A stretch of 64,000 bases of DNA from Bifidobacteriaceae bacterium (GCA_031270825.1 JAISXH010000011.1:12231-76230), one strand, 5' to 3'; counted from the first letter of the stretch, positions 37,614 through 47,892 are shown. Made by a program: numbers and translations. Notes: generated from the sequence alone by a model not told the origin.

Positions 37614-38420
37614 ATGAAGATCGGCTTTATCGGCGCTGGAAACATGGCCGGCGCCATCATCGACGGGATTGTCGCCAGCGGTCTAGTCGGGGCTGGCGAC
37701 ATCGTGACGCATGATCCTGATAGTTCCAAAGCGGCCGGCCTGGCCCACCGGACCGGGATCGCGGCCTGCGCCGGCAACGAAGAGGTGGTGGCGGCATCGG
37801 ACATCGTGGTCTTGGCGGTCAAACCACAGCAACTGCCGGGCGTGCTGGAACAGGTGGCGGGGCAGATCGTGGCCAAGGCGCCGCTGGTGGTCTCGATCGC
37901 GGCGGGCGTCACGCTCAAGCACCTGGACGGCTGGCTGGGGCCGAATGTGCCGGTGGTGCGGGTGATGCCGAACATCAACGCGACCGTCGGCCAAGGCATG
38001 GCGGCCGTGGCCGGCAACGATGTAGCGACCGACTCCCAAGTCGACTCGGTGGCGCAGTTGTTCGCGGCCGCGGGCAAGGCGATCCAGCTGGAGGAGCGCC
38101 TGTTCCCGGCCTTCACGGCGGTGGCCGGCTCCTCGCCGGCCTGGGTCTTCTTGTTCGTCGACGCGCTGGCACGCGGCGGGCTGGCGGCCGGGATGACCAA
38201 ACATCAGGCGCGCGAAGCGGCCACCCAGGCGGTCCTCGGTTCGGCGGCCCTGCTGCAGCAGTCGGGCGAACATCCCTGGCAGCTGATCGACAAGGTGTCC
38301 TCGCCGGGCGGCACCACGGTGGCGGGCATGAATGTGCTGGAGGACAGGGGTTTCTCGGCCGCGGTGGTGGCCGCGGTGGCGGCCACGATCGAGCGCGAGG
38401 CCGAATTGGCCGGCGGCTGA
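37614..38420 (+). CDS. proC: Pyrroline-5-carboxylate reductase
   Basis: IGFIGAGNMAGAI and SSPGGTT motifs. Confidence 0.92.
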   Translation: MKIGFIGAGNMAGAIIDGIVASGLVGAGDIVTHDPDSSKAAGLAHRTGIAACAGNEEVVAASDIVVLAVKPQQLPGVLEQVAGQIVAKAPLVVSIAAGVTLKHLDGWLGPNVPVVRVMPNINATVGQGMAAVAGNDVATDSQVDSVAQLFAAAGKAIQLEERLFPAFTAVAGSSPAWVFLFVDALARGGLAAGMTKHQAREAATQAVLGSAALLQQSGEHPWQLIDKVSSPGGTTVAGMNVLEDRGFSAAVVAAVAATIEREAELAGG

Positions 38421-38421
38421 C

Positions 38422-39462
38422 TCAGTTCTTCAGCGCCGCTGTCAGCTTGACCGGGTTGTGGTCGGCGAACTCGAAGTCGGCGTCCACGGTCTGGACGGTT
38501 TTGACCTCGACATTGGGCGAGGTGATGAAGCCGTCAATGCCGAAGAGTTGGTTGTCACCATCCCAAGGCGCGTCGTTCAGGCGCGAAGTCGGCGTGGCGG
38601 CGTCATGGGCCACGGTCCAGCCGGGCGCGAAGACCGAGGCGTCGAAATCGCCAGGCACCCAGTTGTCGGAGACCTTGGGGTACTGGACCCCCGGAAAGGT
38701 CTGGTTGAAATCGCCGCCCGCGATCACATAGTTGCCTTTGGCGTATTCGTCCTGCAGCAGTTTGACCAGGTCGTTCATCTGCTCGGCGCGCCCGGCGCCG
38801 TCCTCGTAGGCCTCCAGGTGCAGATTCACCAACACCAGGTCCTTGCCGCCCTCAACCGGGACCCGTTCGACCAGGAGGCAACGTTTGAGGTTGAACATGC
38901 GCACCGGCCAGCTGAAGGGCACCGGCAGGGAGACGCGGGAGGCGCTGGCGGCGGCCAGGCCGGTCACCGTGACCAGGCCAGAGTCGACTTGTCCGATGGG
39001 CGGCCAAGGGTAGGGGGTGAACATCGACTTGAAGTTGCGGGCGTAGGCGGCGGTTCCTCCTAGCACCTCGCCCAGGAGCGCGACCTCGTCGATGCCGTAA
39101 GAGCGGCGGGAATCGGCGTCTACTTCCTGGAGGAAGTAGACATCGGCCGGGTGGCCCTGGAGTTCAGCCACGATCCCGTCCAGATTGGCCTGGACGACGG
39201 GTCGGTCGCCTGGGCGCACCATCGCGCCGCCGTCCATGAAGAAGTCTTGCCCTTTGCCCAGGCCGCCGTAGCCGATGTTGAAGCTCAACAGCGTCAATTC
39301 GGCGCCCGGCGTCAGCGCCGGCAAGGTCGCCTGGCCCTCTATGGTGATGGTTTCGGTGGCTTTGGGCCGGTATTCGGTGACGGTCGCGACCGCGAAGAAG
39401 CCCACCCCGGCCAGCACTAGGACCAGGACGAGCGTGCCGATGACTTTGAGCGCCCTACGCAT
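38422..39462 (-). CDS. Endonuclease/exonuclease/phosphatase (EEP) family protein, membrane-anchored
   Basis: Trimmed to ATG 39462 (MRRALKVIGTLVLVLVLAGVGFF). Contains YFLQEVD, IAGGDFN and FADHNP. Confidence 0.75.
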   Translation of the reverse strand: MRRALKVIGTLVLVLVLAGVGFFAVATVTEYRPKATETITIEGQATLPALTPGAELTLLSFNIGYGGLGKGQDFFMDGGAMVRPGDRPVVQANLDGIVAELQGHPADVYFLQEVDADSRRSYGIDEVALLGEVLGGTAAYARNFKSMFTPYPWPPIGQVDSGLVTVTGLAAASASRVSLPVPFSWPVRMFNLKRCLLVERVPVEGGKDLVLVNLHLEAYEDGAGRAEQMNDLVKLLQDEYAKGNYVIAGGDFNQTFPGVQYPKVSDNWVPGDFDASVFAPGWTVAHDAATPTSRLNDAPWDGDNQLFGIDGFITSPNVEVKTVQTVDADFEFADHNPVKLTAALKN

Positions 39463-39474
39463 AGGATCGAGTCT

Positions 39475-39972
39475 ATGTCCGGATCGCCTTTCACCATTCA
39501 GACTGTCTGCACCGGCAACATTTGCCGCTCGCCGATGGCCGCCCAGGTGTTGCGCGATTGGTTCGCCGATGCCGACTTGTCCAGTTCGGTGGTGGTCGGC
39601 TCGTCGGGCGTTTCGGCTGAGGAAGACGGTAATCCGATCGACCGGCGGGCCGCGCGGGCGTTGCGAGCGCGTGGTTACACCCCGGACCCGAGGCACCGCG
39701 CGCACCGCATCTCGGCTGAGGAGCTTGAGACCACGGATCTGATTCTGCCGGCGACCTTCAACCACTACCGCGTGTTGGCCAGCCGCGGCGCCGACCCGGC
39801 CGGCCTGCGCATGATGCGCCAATTCGATCCCGAGCTGGCCGATCAGCCGGCGGGCTTCGCCCTGGACATCGAGGACCCGTGGTACGGCGGCGAGCAGGAT
39901 TTCGAATTGGCCTTGGATCAGATCGAGGCGGCCGCGGCGGGGGTGGTCGAATATGTCCGAGGACGGCTCTGA
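39475..39972 (+). CDS. Low-molecular-weight protein-tyrosine phosphatase
   Basis: CX5R(S) P-loop VCTGNICRSPMA and a DPWYG Asp loop. Confidence 0.9.
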   Translation: MSGSPFTIQTVCTGNICRSPMAAQVLRDWFADADLSSSVVVGSSGVSAEEDGNPIDRRAARALRARGYTPDPRHRAHRISAEELETTDLILPATFNHYRVLASRGADPAGLRMMRQFDPELADQPAGFALDIEDPWYGGEQDFELALDQIEAAAAGVVEYVRGRL

Positions 39973-40870
39973 TCAGTGGTTTGAATGCCGCTGTGGACAT
40001 GATCACTGGGGCCGGTTCGGCGCCGCCGGCCTGCTGGTCTACCGGGGCGAAGAGGTCTTGCTGCAGCTACGAGGCAGCCGCACGCATCATGGGGACACCT
40101 GGGGGCTGCCCGGCGGCGCCCGCAAGCGGGGCGAGAAGGCGCTGGCCGCCGCCCTGAGGGAGGGGCGCGAAGAGGCCGGACTGGCCGTGGAACTGTTGAG
40201 GCCGCGGTGGTGGTTCATCGCCGACCATTGCCCTTGGACGTACACCACGATTGCCGTCCAGGCGCCTGGCGCCGACGACTCGGCGGCTGGCGACTCGGCC
40301 GCTGGCGGCCTGTTCGCTGGCGGCCTGTTCGCGGGGGAGGCCAACTGGGAGACCGCAGAACTGGCCTGGGCGCCGCGCGACCAAGCGTCCGGCGCCGACC
40401 TTCATCCCGGTTTGGCCCAGGCCTGGCCGGCCCTGGCCCCGCTGGTCGGCGAGCGCCTGACGCTGATCGTCGACGCCGCCAATGTGGTCGGGTCGCGGCC
40501 GGACGGCTGGTGGCGTGACCGGGCCGGCGCGGCCAAGCGCCTGCGCGGAGAACTGGGGGTGTTGGCCGCCGTCGGCCTGGCCAACACCTGGACCGAGGCG
40601 CCCAACGGCTGGTATCCGGAAATCGTGATGGTGGTGGAAGGCCAGGCGCGCGGCATCGGGCCAGGCGAAGGCGTGCGGGTGGTGGACGCGCCGGGCGAGG
40701 GCGATGACGAAATCGTGGCCCAGGCCGGCCGGGCGGTGGCCACCGGACGCGGACCGGTTCTGGTGGCGACGGCGGATCGCGGCCTGATCGCGCGCCTGCC
40801 ACGGGGTGGCCACCGGCCTTGTCAGGTGCTCGCGCCGGCGCGCCTGCGGTCGCTCTTGACCGGCGGCTAG
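39953..40870 (+). CDS. NUDIX hydrolase fused to an NYN/YacP-like C-terminal domain
   Basis: Nudix box GARKRGEKALAAALREGREEAGL. C-terminal LTLIVDAANVVGSRPDGWWRDRAGAAKRL. Overlaps the phosphatase gene by 20 nt. Confidence 0.7.
   Translation: MSEDGSDQWFECRCGHDHWGRFGAAGLLVYRGEEVLLQLRGSRTHHGDTWGLPGGARKRGEKALAAALREGREEAGLAVELLRPRWWFIADHCPWTYTTIAVQAPGADDSAAGDSAAGGLFAGGLFAGEANWETAELAWAPRDQASGADLHPGLAQAWPALAPLVGERLTLIVDAANVVGSRPDGWWRDRAGAAKRLRGELGVLAAVGLANTWTEAPNGWYPEIVMVVEGQARGIGPGEGVRVVDAPGEGDDEIVAQAGRAVATGRGPVLVATADRGLIARLPRGGHRPCQVLAPARLRSLLTGG
40277..40336 (+). repeat. Two adjacent 15-bp duplications, in frame (DSAAG x2, GLFAG x2)
   Basis: gactcggcggctggc/gactcggccgctggc followed by ggcctgttcgctggc/ggcctgttcgcgggg. 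Confidence 0.85.
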
Positions 40871-40948
40871 GCTCGGCGGCCTCAGCGCTGAACGGGCCAA
40901 ACCTTACCGTGGCCGGCCGCGCCGGCAGGCGTGGGCTAGCTTTGGGGG

Positions 40949-42259
40949 ATGGAGATTTCCCTGGCTGACGATGCCGTCCGGATAGCCCGCGACCTGATCC
41001 GGTTTGACACCACCAACACCGGCGACGAACGCTCGGCTGGCGAGCGCCAGGCCGCAGAGTATGTTGTTGGCCTGCTGCAGGATTGGGGCTATCAGCCATC
41101 GTACTTCGAGTCGGAGCGGAAACGCGGTTCGGTTGTGCTGCGTCTGGAAGGCCAAGACCAGCAGCGGCCGGCGCTGGTCTTACATGGCCACTTGGATGTG
41201 GTGCCGGCCAATGCCTCCGAATGGAGCGCGGACCCGTTCGGGGCCGAGATCCGCGATGGCGAGCTCTGGGGCCGCGGAGCGGTCGACATGAAGGACATGG
41301 ACGGCATGATCCTGGCGGTGATCGGTTGGTGGCGACGCCAGGGGATCAAACCGCCTCGGGACATCGTCCTCTGCTTCTTCGCGGACGAGGAGGCGGGCGG
41401 GCGCCTCGGCAGCCACTGGCTGGTGCGGCATCATCCCAAGTTGTTCGCCGGCGCCACCGAGGCGGTCAGCGAGGTGGGTGGTTTCTCGGTCGACCTGGCC
41501 GGCCAGCGGGCCTACCTGGTCCAGACCGCCGAAAAGGGAATTGCCTGGCTAAAACTGGTCGCCCAGGGCACGGCCGGCCATGGCAGCGCCGTCAACCGCG
41601 ACAACGCGGTGGGCCACCTGGTCGAAGCTTTGGCGCGCATCGCCGCCCAGCCTTGGCCGCTGCGACTGACCGCGACCGTGCAGGCGCTGTTCGCCGGCGC
41701 CGCCGAGTTGGCGGGCTTGCCCTTCGACCCCGCCGATCCCCGATCAATCGAAGCCATTGTCGAAGCTTTTGGCCCGGCCAAGCGATTCATCGCCGCTTCG
41801 ACTGCCAGCGCCTTGAATCTGACTTCGCTGGCGGCCGGCGGCAAGGTGAATGTGGTGCCCAGCACCGCGACCGCGACTGTCGATCTGCGACCGCTGCCCG
41901 GCGACGCCGATTCGGCCTTGGCTCTGGTAGAGCAGCTGGCCGGCCGATCAGTGCGGGTGGAACCGATCAACCTGGACATCGCGCTGGAAGCGCCCCTTGA
42001 CGTCCCCTTGGTGGCGGCGATGAAGGCGGCGCTGACGCAGGCCGATCCGGGCGCGGCCGTGCTGCCATACATGCTCGCCGGCGGGACCGACGGGAAGGCG
42101 CTGGCCCGGCTGGGGATCGCCTCATATGGCTTTGTGCCGCTGCGGCTGCCGGCCGGCTTCGACTTCACGGCCATGTTCCACGGCGTTGACGAGCGCGTGC
42201 CGGTCGAGTCGCTGCGCTGGGGCGCGGGCGTGCTAGCGGACTTCTTGGCCCACGTTTGA
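40949..42259 (+). CDS. M20/M25/M40 family metallohydrolase
   Basis: [12 protein letters not shown] and WGRGAVDMK motifs. Confidence 0.85.
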   Translation: MEISLADDAVRIARDLIRFDTTNTGDERSAGERQAAEYVVGLLQDWGYQPSYFESERKRGSVVLRLEGQDQQRPALVLHGHLDVVPANASEWSADPFGAEIRDGELWGRGAVDMKDMDGMILAVIGWWRRQGIKPPRDIVLCFFADEEAGGRLGSHWLVRHHPKLFAGATEAVSEVGGFSVDLAGQRAYLVQTAEKGIAWLKLVAQGTAGHGSAVNRDNAVGHLVEALARIAAQPWPLRLTATVQALFAGAAELAGLPFDPADPRSIEAIVEAFGPAKRFIAASTASALNLTSLAAGGKVNVVPSTATATVDLRPLPGDADSALALVEQLAGRSVRVEPINLDIALEAPLDVPLVAAMKAALTQADPGAAVLPYMLAGGTDGKALARLGIASYGFVPLRLPAGFDFTAMFHGVDERVPVESLRWGAGVLADFLAHV

Positions 42260-42366
42260 AGGCGGGTGGGCGCCTCAGGCCGCCTGGGCGCGGGCGCCCG
42301 TCCGATCCGTGAGCGGCCTGGCGCCGGACCAGCACGGCCCGGCGGCGCGGCCTAGCCTTCAATGTC

Positions 42367-42984
42367 ATGACTAGCTTCCCGCCGCGCGATCCGGCCCAGG
42401 ATCGATTGCTCAGCCCGTCGAATGCCGCCCTGTTGATCATCGACTATCAGCCGACCCAGCTCCAATCGCTGCAGTCCCATCCTCAGGAGACCATCATCGA
42501 GAAGGTGGTGGCGCTGGCCCGCACCGGCGTGATCTACGGCCTGCCGATTGTTCTGAGCACGGTCAACGTCGCCTCCGGCCGCGAGCAGGCCACCATTGAG
42601 CGTCTGGCGTCGGTGTTGCAGGGAGTCACCAGCTATGACCGCAGCTCAATCAACGCCTGGGAGGACCAGCAGTTCAAACAGGCCGTCGAGGCGACGGGTC
42701 GCAAGAAGCTGATCATCGCGGCCTTGTGGACCGAAGCCTGTCTGACTTTCCCGTCAATCGACGCGATGGCCGAGGGCTACGAGGTCTATCCGGTGGCCGA
42801 TGCCGTGGCGGGGACCTCGCGGCTGGCCCACGACACCGCGTTGAGGCGAATCGAGCACGCCGGGGCGCAGCTAACCTCGGTGGTGCAGTTGCTGTGCGAG
42901 CTCCAGCGCGACTGGAATCGAACGGACACCGTCCAGGCCTTCGTCGAGGAGATGCTCGCCACCCACGCCTTCCCGCAGTACTGA
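42367..42984 (+). CDS. Isochorismatase-family cysteine hydrolase
   Basis: ALLIIDYQ and LIIAALWTEACL, which holds the candidate catalytic Cys. Confidence 0.8.
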   Translation: MTSFPPRDPAQDRLLSPSNAALLIIDYQPTQLQSLQSHPQETIIEKVVALARTGVIYGLPIVLSTVNVASGREQATIERLASVLQGVTSYDRSSINAWEDQQFKQAVEATGRKKLIIAALWTEACLTFPSIDAMAEGYEVYPVADAVAGTSRLAHDTALRRIEHAGAQLTSVVQLLCELQRDWNRTDTVQAFVEEMLATHAFPQY

Positions 42985-43071
42985 GGCCCGGCCACCCCGG
43001 TTTGGGCCGCAGTCTGATCGTTGGCCGGCCCGGGCGGCCGCTTGGGCGGAGGAGAGGTTTATGGTGAAGGC

Positions 43072-43869
43072 ATGACGATTCCCACTTTTCGGCTCAACTC
43101 CGGATATGGCATACCCGCACTTGGGCTCGGCACCTACAAACTTGAGCCGTCGCTGACGGCGAACGTGGTCGAACGCGCTCTCCAACTGGGCTATCGCCAC
43201 ATCGACACGGCCGCGCTGTACGGCAACGAAGCCGAGGTGGGCCAGGGGCTGCGAGGCTCAGGGGTGCCCCGGGAGGAAGTTTTCGTCACCACCAAGCTTT
43301 GGAACGACCGCCACAGGCACGATGACGCACTGAGGGCGTTCGATCAGTCGCTCAGTTTGCTCGGGCTGGACTATGTGGACCTTTACCTGATCCATTGGCC
43401 GGTGCCGGCGGACGGCCTGATGGTGGAAGCCTGGCAGGCGCTGATCGACATCGCCGCGACCGGCCGGGCCCGTTCGATCGGCGTGTCCAATTTCCAGTCC
43501 GAGGACCTGGCCGCCGTGATCGACGCCACCGGCGTGGTGCCGGCGGTCAACCAGATCGAATTGCATCCGCTCCACCAGCAGCGCGACCTGCGCTCGGTTG
43601 ACACCGACCTGGGGATTGTGACCGAGGCCTGGAGTCCGCTCGGGCGCGGCGCCGATCTGGGCAACGACACAGTCCGCGCCTTGGCCGCTGAAACGGGCCG
43701 GAGCGCCGCTCAGGTGGTCTTGCGCTGGCTGATCCAGCTCGGAATCGTGGCCTTCCCCAAGACTTCCCGGCCGGAGCGCCTGGCCGAGAACTTGGCGATC
43801 GGCGATTTCGAATTGAGGACGGACCAAATGGAACGGCTGAACTCCATCGCCGAGCCCGCCAGCGCCTGA
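43072..43869 (+). CDS. Aldo/keto reductase
   Basis: Trimmed to ATG 43072 (MTIPTFRLNSGYGIPALGLGTYKL). Contains HIDTAALYGNE and LYLIHWP. Confidence 0.88.
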   Translation: MTIPTFRLNSGYGIPALGLGTYKLEPSLTANVVERALQLGYRHIDTAALYGNEAEVGQGLRGSGVPREEVFVTTKLWNDRHRHDDALRAFDQSLSLLGLDYVDLYLIHWPVPADGLMVEAWQALIDIAATGRARSIGVSNFQSEDLAAVIDATGVVPAVNQIELHPLHQQRDLRSVDTDLGIVTEAWSPLGRGADLGNDTVRALAAETGRSAAQVVLRWLIQLGIVAFPKTSRPERLAENLAIGDFELRTDQMERLNSIAEPASA

Positions 43870-44000
43870 TAACTGACCCGCACGTCCACAAAGTGAACTG
43901 ATGTGTCCATAGGGTGAGATTCGGGTAAACTTCTGCGAGTAATGCCCGTGCAGCAGGCCTTGTTGCTCGGCTTCGCCCAACCAGAGAGGTAAACAGACTA

Positions 44001-45044
44001 GTGAAAACACGCTCTCGTTTAGCAGGCATGGCTTTGATCGCCGTTGCCGCGTTGGCGCTGGCCGGCTGCGGTGACAATGGATCCAGCGGCGATGGGTCCA
44101 GCACTCCCGGCGGTTCTAAAGGGTCCGGTGGCCAGGAAAGCAAGGCCGCCTCGTACAACATCGCCATCACGCAGTACCTGGCTCACCCGTCGCTGGACCT
44201 GATCACCCAAGGGTTCAAGGACGGCCTGGCGGAAAAGAACGTGGAAGTGGATTACACGTACGATGACGCTCAGGGCGACCAGGCGAACACTGCCACTATC
44301 GCTGGCAAGTACGCCGCCGATTCGTCATTGGACCTGGTCCTGGCGGTGGCGACGCCTTCAGCCCAGGCGGTGGTCAATCAAATCGCCGACCGTCCGGTGC
44401 TCTTCGCGGGGGTGACCGATCCGGTCGAGGCCGGTCTGGTGCCTTCGTGGGACCCGTCCGGCACGAACGTCACGGGGACCTCGGACCTGAACCCCGAGGG
44501 CTTCCCGGCGGCCTTGATGCAGGAGATCCTAGGCGCCGACAAAGTCAAGACGGTGGGCTACCTCTACTCGCTGGGCGAGAAGAACTCAGTGGTGCAGCTT
44601 GACCTGTTGAAGGCGGAAGCCGAGCCGCTGGGCATCACGGTCAAAGAATCCGGGATCGCCAACTCGTCCGAGTTGACCGCCGGCGTGCAGGCGCTGGACG
44701 GTGTCGACGCCATCTACGTGGGCACCGACAACACCGTGGTCGAAGGGATCGAGCAGGTGGTCGCCTTCGGCGAGGAGAAGCAGATCCCGGTGTTCGTGGC
44801 GGACGCGTCCTCAGTTGAGCGCGGCGCCATCGCGACCCGCGGCATCGACTATTACGAACTCGGCAAGCGGACCGCCGACCAGGCCTATGAGATCCTGGTG
44901 AACGGCGCCGATCCCGGCGGCATCGCCCCGTTGCAGGTCACGGACACTGAGATCGTGGTGAACGTGGGCGCGGCCGAAGCGTTCGGCGTGACCATCCCCG
45001 CGGCCGTGCTGGAGGAGGCCACCCAAGTCGAAACGAGCGGCTGA
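44001..45044 (+). CDS. ABC transporter substrate-binding lipoprotein (ABC_sub_bind/COG2984 type)
   Basis: Lipobox LALAGCGD. GTG start. Followed by a cognate permease and ATPase. Confidence 0.85.
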   Translation: MKTRSRLAGMALIAVAALALAGCGDNGSSGDGSSTPGGSKGSGGQESKAASYNIAITQYLAHPSLDLITQGFKDGLAEKNVEVDYTYDDAQGDQANTATIAGKYAADSSLDLVLAVATPSAQAVVNQIADRPVLFAGVTDPVEAGLVPSWDPSGTNVTGTSDLNPEGFPAALMQEILGADKVKTVGYLYSLGEKNSVVQLDLLKAEAEPLGITVKESGIANSSELTAGVQALDGVDAIYVGTDNTVVEGIEQVVAFGEEKQIPVFVADASSVERGAIATRGIDYYELGKRTADQAYEILVNGADPGGIAPLQVTDTEIVVNVGAAEAFGVTIPAAVLEEATQVETSG

Positions 45045-45217
45045 ACCGGTCGGCATCGGACTTGGTGAATAGATAGACAGGCGGACTGGCCGGTCCCGGT
45101 GGGCCGGGGAAACGCCTTCGCGTCGCGGAGGCTTTCCCGGCGGGCTGGGGCCGGTTAGGCTGTCTCGGCAGTAATCCCCTCGCCGAAGGGCCATCTCGCA
45201 AGCCAAGGAAGTCGCCG

Positions 45218-46210
45218 TTGGAAGCCGCAATCGAACAAGGTCTGATCTTTGCCCTGCTGGCGCTGGGCGTCTTTCTGACCTACCGGATTCTGAATTTCGC
45301 GGACCTGACTGTGGACGGGTCGTTCACCACCGGGGGCGGCACGGCGGCGATCCTGATGTACAACGGGGTGGATCCCTACCTGGGAACGCTTGCGGGCTTG
45401 GCGGCCGGCGCGGCGGCGGGGCTGATCACGGGGCTGTTGCACACCAAGCTCAGGATCGACCCGCTGTTGGCCTCGATCCTGACCATGATCGGCCTGTACT
45501 CCATCAACCTGAGGATCATGCGCGGGCCGAACGTTGGCCTGAACATGCGCGACGGCCAGGTCATCGAGACAATCTTCACGCCCCTCAAACAGGCCAAGCT
45601 GATGGCCTCCTGGCAGACTGTGGCCATCTTGGCGGCCGTGGCGCTGGCTTTCACGGCGGCGATCATCTGGTTCCTGGCCACCAACTTCGGCTTGGCCACC
45701 CAGGCCACCGGCGACAATCCCCAAATGGCGGTGGCCGGGGGAATCTCGACCGACTGGACCAAGATTGTCACACTGATGATTTCCAATGGCCTGGTGGGAT
45801 TGTCGGGTGCCATCTACGCGCAATTCCAGGGCTTTGCGGACGTCCAGATGGGAATCGGGCTGATCCTGGTCGGCTTGGCCTCGGTGATTGTGGGGAACGC
45901 GATCCTGGGCACCCGCTATATGGCTTTGGCCGTGCTCGGCGTGGTGGTCGGGTCGGTGGTCTACCGGCTGATCCTGTCCTACGCCATCGCTTGGGAGATC
46001 GCCGCAGCCGGCGACATGAAGCTGATCTCGGCGTTGCTGGTGGTGGTGGCCCTGGTGATCTCCCAAAATGAAACCATCCGCGGCTGGGTCGGCAAGATTT
46101 CGGCCTCCAAGTCGCCGGAGGCGCCAGAGCCGCTGACCGCCCCTGAACTGAGCGCGCAGCCGGCCGAGGGCCCCACGCCCCTGGATCCCTCCTCAGCCAA
46201 GGGGGCCTGA
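45218..46210 (+). CDS. ABC transporter permease (COG4120 type)
   Basis: 330 aa, multi-TM, with a C-terminal Pro/Ala tail. Confidence 0.83.
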   Translation: MEAAIEQGLIFALLALGVFLTYRILNFADLTVDGSFTTGGGTAAILMYNGVDPYLGTLAGLAAGAAAGLITGLLHTKLRIDPLLASILTMIGLYSINLRIMRGPNVGLNMRDGQVIETIFTPLKQAKLMASWQTVAILAAVALAFTAAIIWFLATNFGLATQATGDNPQMAVAGGISTDWTKIVTLMISNGLVGLSGAIYAQFQGFADVQMGIGLILVGLASVIVGNAILGTRYMALAVLGVVVGSVVYRLILSYAIAWEIAAAGDMKLISALLVVVALVISQNETIRGWVGKISASKSPEAPEPLTAPELSAQPAEGPTPLDPSSAKGA

Positions 46211-46213
46211 ACC

Positions 46214-47002
46214 GTGCTCAGCCTCACAGGAGTCTCGAAGACGTTCTTTCCCGGCACCGCCAACGAGCGGCGCGCGCTGAGGAACATTTGGCTGGAATTG
46301 GCCGAAGGCGATTTCGCCACTGTGATCGGATCCAACGGCGCCGGCAAGTCGACGCTGTTGAATGTGATCGCCGGCTCGCTGTCCACTGACGACGGCGCCA
46401 TTGTGATCGACGACCGCGACGTGACCAAACTGCCCGCTCACCGGCGGGCCGGCCTGCTGGCGCGAGTCTTCCAGGACCCGCAAGCGGGCACCTCGCCGCA
46501 TCTGACCATTGAGCAGAACATGGCCATCGCTCTGACCAGGGGCGCCCGTCGGGGGCTGGGGGTGGGCGTGGGCCGCAAGCGCCGCTCCGCCTTTCGTGAG
46601 GAACTCGAGGTGCTCGGCCTGGGCCTGGAAAGCCGGCTCAAGACCCGGGTGGGGATGCTCTCCGGCGGCCAGCGCCAAGCGTTGTCCCTGCTGATGGCCT
46701 CGTTCACGCACCCGCGCCTGCTGCTCTTGGACGAGCACACCGCCGCCTTGGACCCGGCCCGGGCCGAATTGGTCACCGAGCTGACCGTCAAAGTGGTGGC
46801 GGAGACCAACCTGACCGCCTTGATGGTGACCCACAACATGGCCCAGGCTTTGCGGGTGGGCAACCGCCTGCTGATGATGCATGAGGGCGAGATCATTCTC
46901 GAATTGGACGCCGCCCAGAAGCGCCGCACCACGGTGGCGGACCTGATGGATCGCTTCACCTCGGTCCGGGGCCAGTTGGCCGACCGCTCCCTGCTCAGCT
47001 AG
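46214..47002 (+). CDS. ABC transporter ATP-binding protein (COG1101 type)
   Basis: Walker A GSNGAGKST, signature LSGGQRQ, Walker B LLLLDEHTAALD. Confidence 0.9.
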   Translation: MLSLTGVSKTFFPGTANERRALRNIWLELAEGDFATVIGSNGAGKSTLLNVIAGSLSTDDGAIVIDDRDVTKLPAHRRAGLLARVFQDPQAGTSPHLTIEQNMAIALTRGARRGLGVGVGRKRRSAFREELEVLGLGLESRLKTRVGMLSGGQRQALSLLMASFTHPRLLLLDEHTAALDPARAELVTELTVKVVAETNLTALMVTHNMAQALRVGNRLLMMHEGEIILELDAAQKRRTTVADLMDRFTSVRGQLADRSLLS

Positions 47003-47043
47003 TCGGCCCGAAACCGGAGGTCGCGGGCGTCTAGGCTGGTGGG

Positions 47044-47892
47044 ATGACCGCGAGCCTGGCCAGCGCCGTGCGCATCCTGGATGAGTTGTATCCGCCGGCG
47101 CTAAAGGAGGAATGGGACCGCATCGGATTGGTCTGCGGGGATCCGCAGGCCAGTGTCGCCAAGATCGCGTTCGCCGTCGACCCGACCTTGCGGTCGGTCC
47201 GCCAGGCCCTCGACTGGGGCGCCGATCTGTTCGTGGTGCATCACCCGTTGCTGCTCCGGCCGGTCTCATCAGTCGCCGCCACCACCTTCAAGGGCGCCAT
47301 CATCCACCACCTGGTCAAAGCCGGCTGCGCTCTGTACACCGCCCACACCAACGCCGACGCGGCACATGGGGGAGTGGCCGACGCCCTGGCCGGGGCGATT
47401 GGGCTGCACAGCCTGACGCCCTTGGTGCCGGACCAGGCCGACCCGACGGTCGGCATCGGCAGGGTGGGCGTTCTGTCACAACCCGCCAAACTGGGCGACT
47501 TGGCCCAGCGGCTGGCCGACGCGCTGCCGCCGAACCGTCACGGCGTGCGGATCGCCGGGCCGGTCGACGCCGAGGTCGAAACCGCCGCGGTGGTCGGCGG
47601 GGCGGGTGACTCGTTGTTCGGCGCCGTCCGGGCGGCCGGCATCGACGCCTACGTGACCGCCGACCTGCGCCACCATCCCGCGCTCGAGGCCCGCGAGGAA
47701 GCGGAGTTCGCGGGCCGGGGGAAGCCCTATCTGTTAGACGTGTCCCACGCCGCCTCGGAATGGGGCTGGCTGGCGCGGGCGGCGCGGGAACTGGCCGGCG
47801 CCTTGGCGGCGCAGGGCGATAGGGTTGTGACCTGGGTGAATCCCGAGGTGGCCGATCCCTGGACGGCCCGCGTGGAAAGGACGGACGCTTGA
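47044..47892 (+). CDS. Nif3-like dinuclear metal centre protein
   Basis: FVVHHPLL and YTAHTNAD motifs. Confidence 0.85.
   Translation: MTASLASAVRILDELYPPALKEEWDRIGLVCGDPQASVAKIAFAVDPTLRSVRQALDWGADLFVVHHPLLLRPVSSVAATTFKGAIIHHLVKAGCALYTAHTNADAAHGGVADALAGAIGLHSLTPLVPDQADPTVGIGRVGVLSQPAKLGDLAQRLADALPPNRHGVRIAGPVDAEVETAAVVGGAGDSLFGAVRAAGIDAYVTADLRHHPALEAREEAEFAGRGKPYLLDVSHAASEWGWLARAARELAGALAAQGDRVVTWVNPEVADPWTARVERTDA

Noticed and set aside
43870-44000. Lower-GC 130-nt region upstream of the ABC importer as a riboswitch or T-box.
   Set aside because: It is too short for a T-box and I could not recognise any conserved riboswitch core. It is most simply a promoter plus a short leader.
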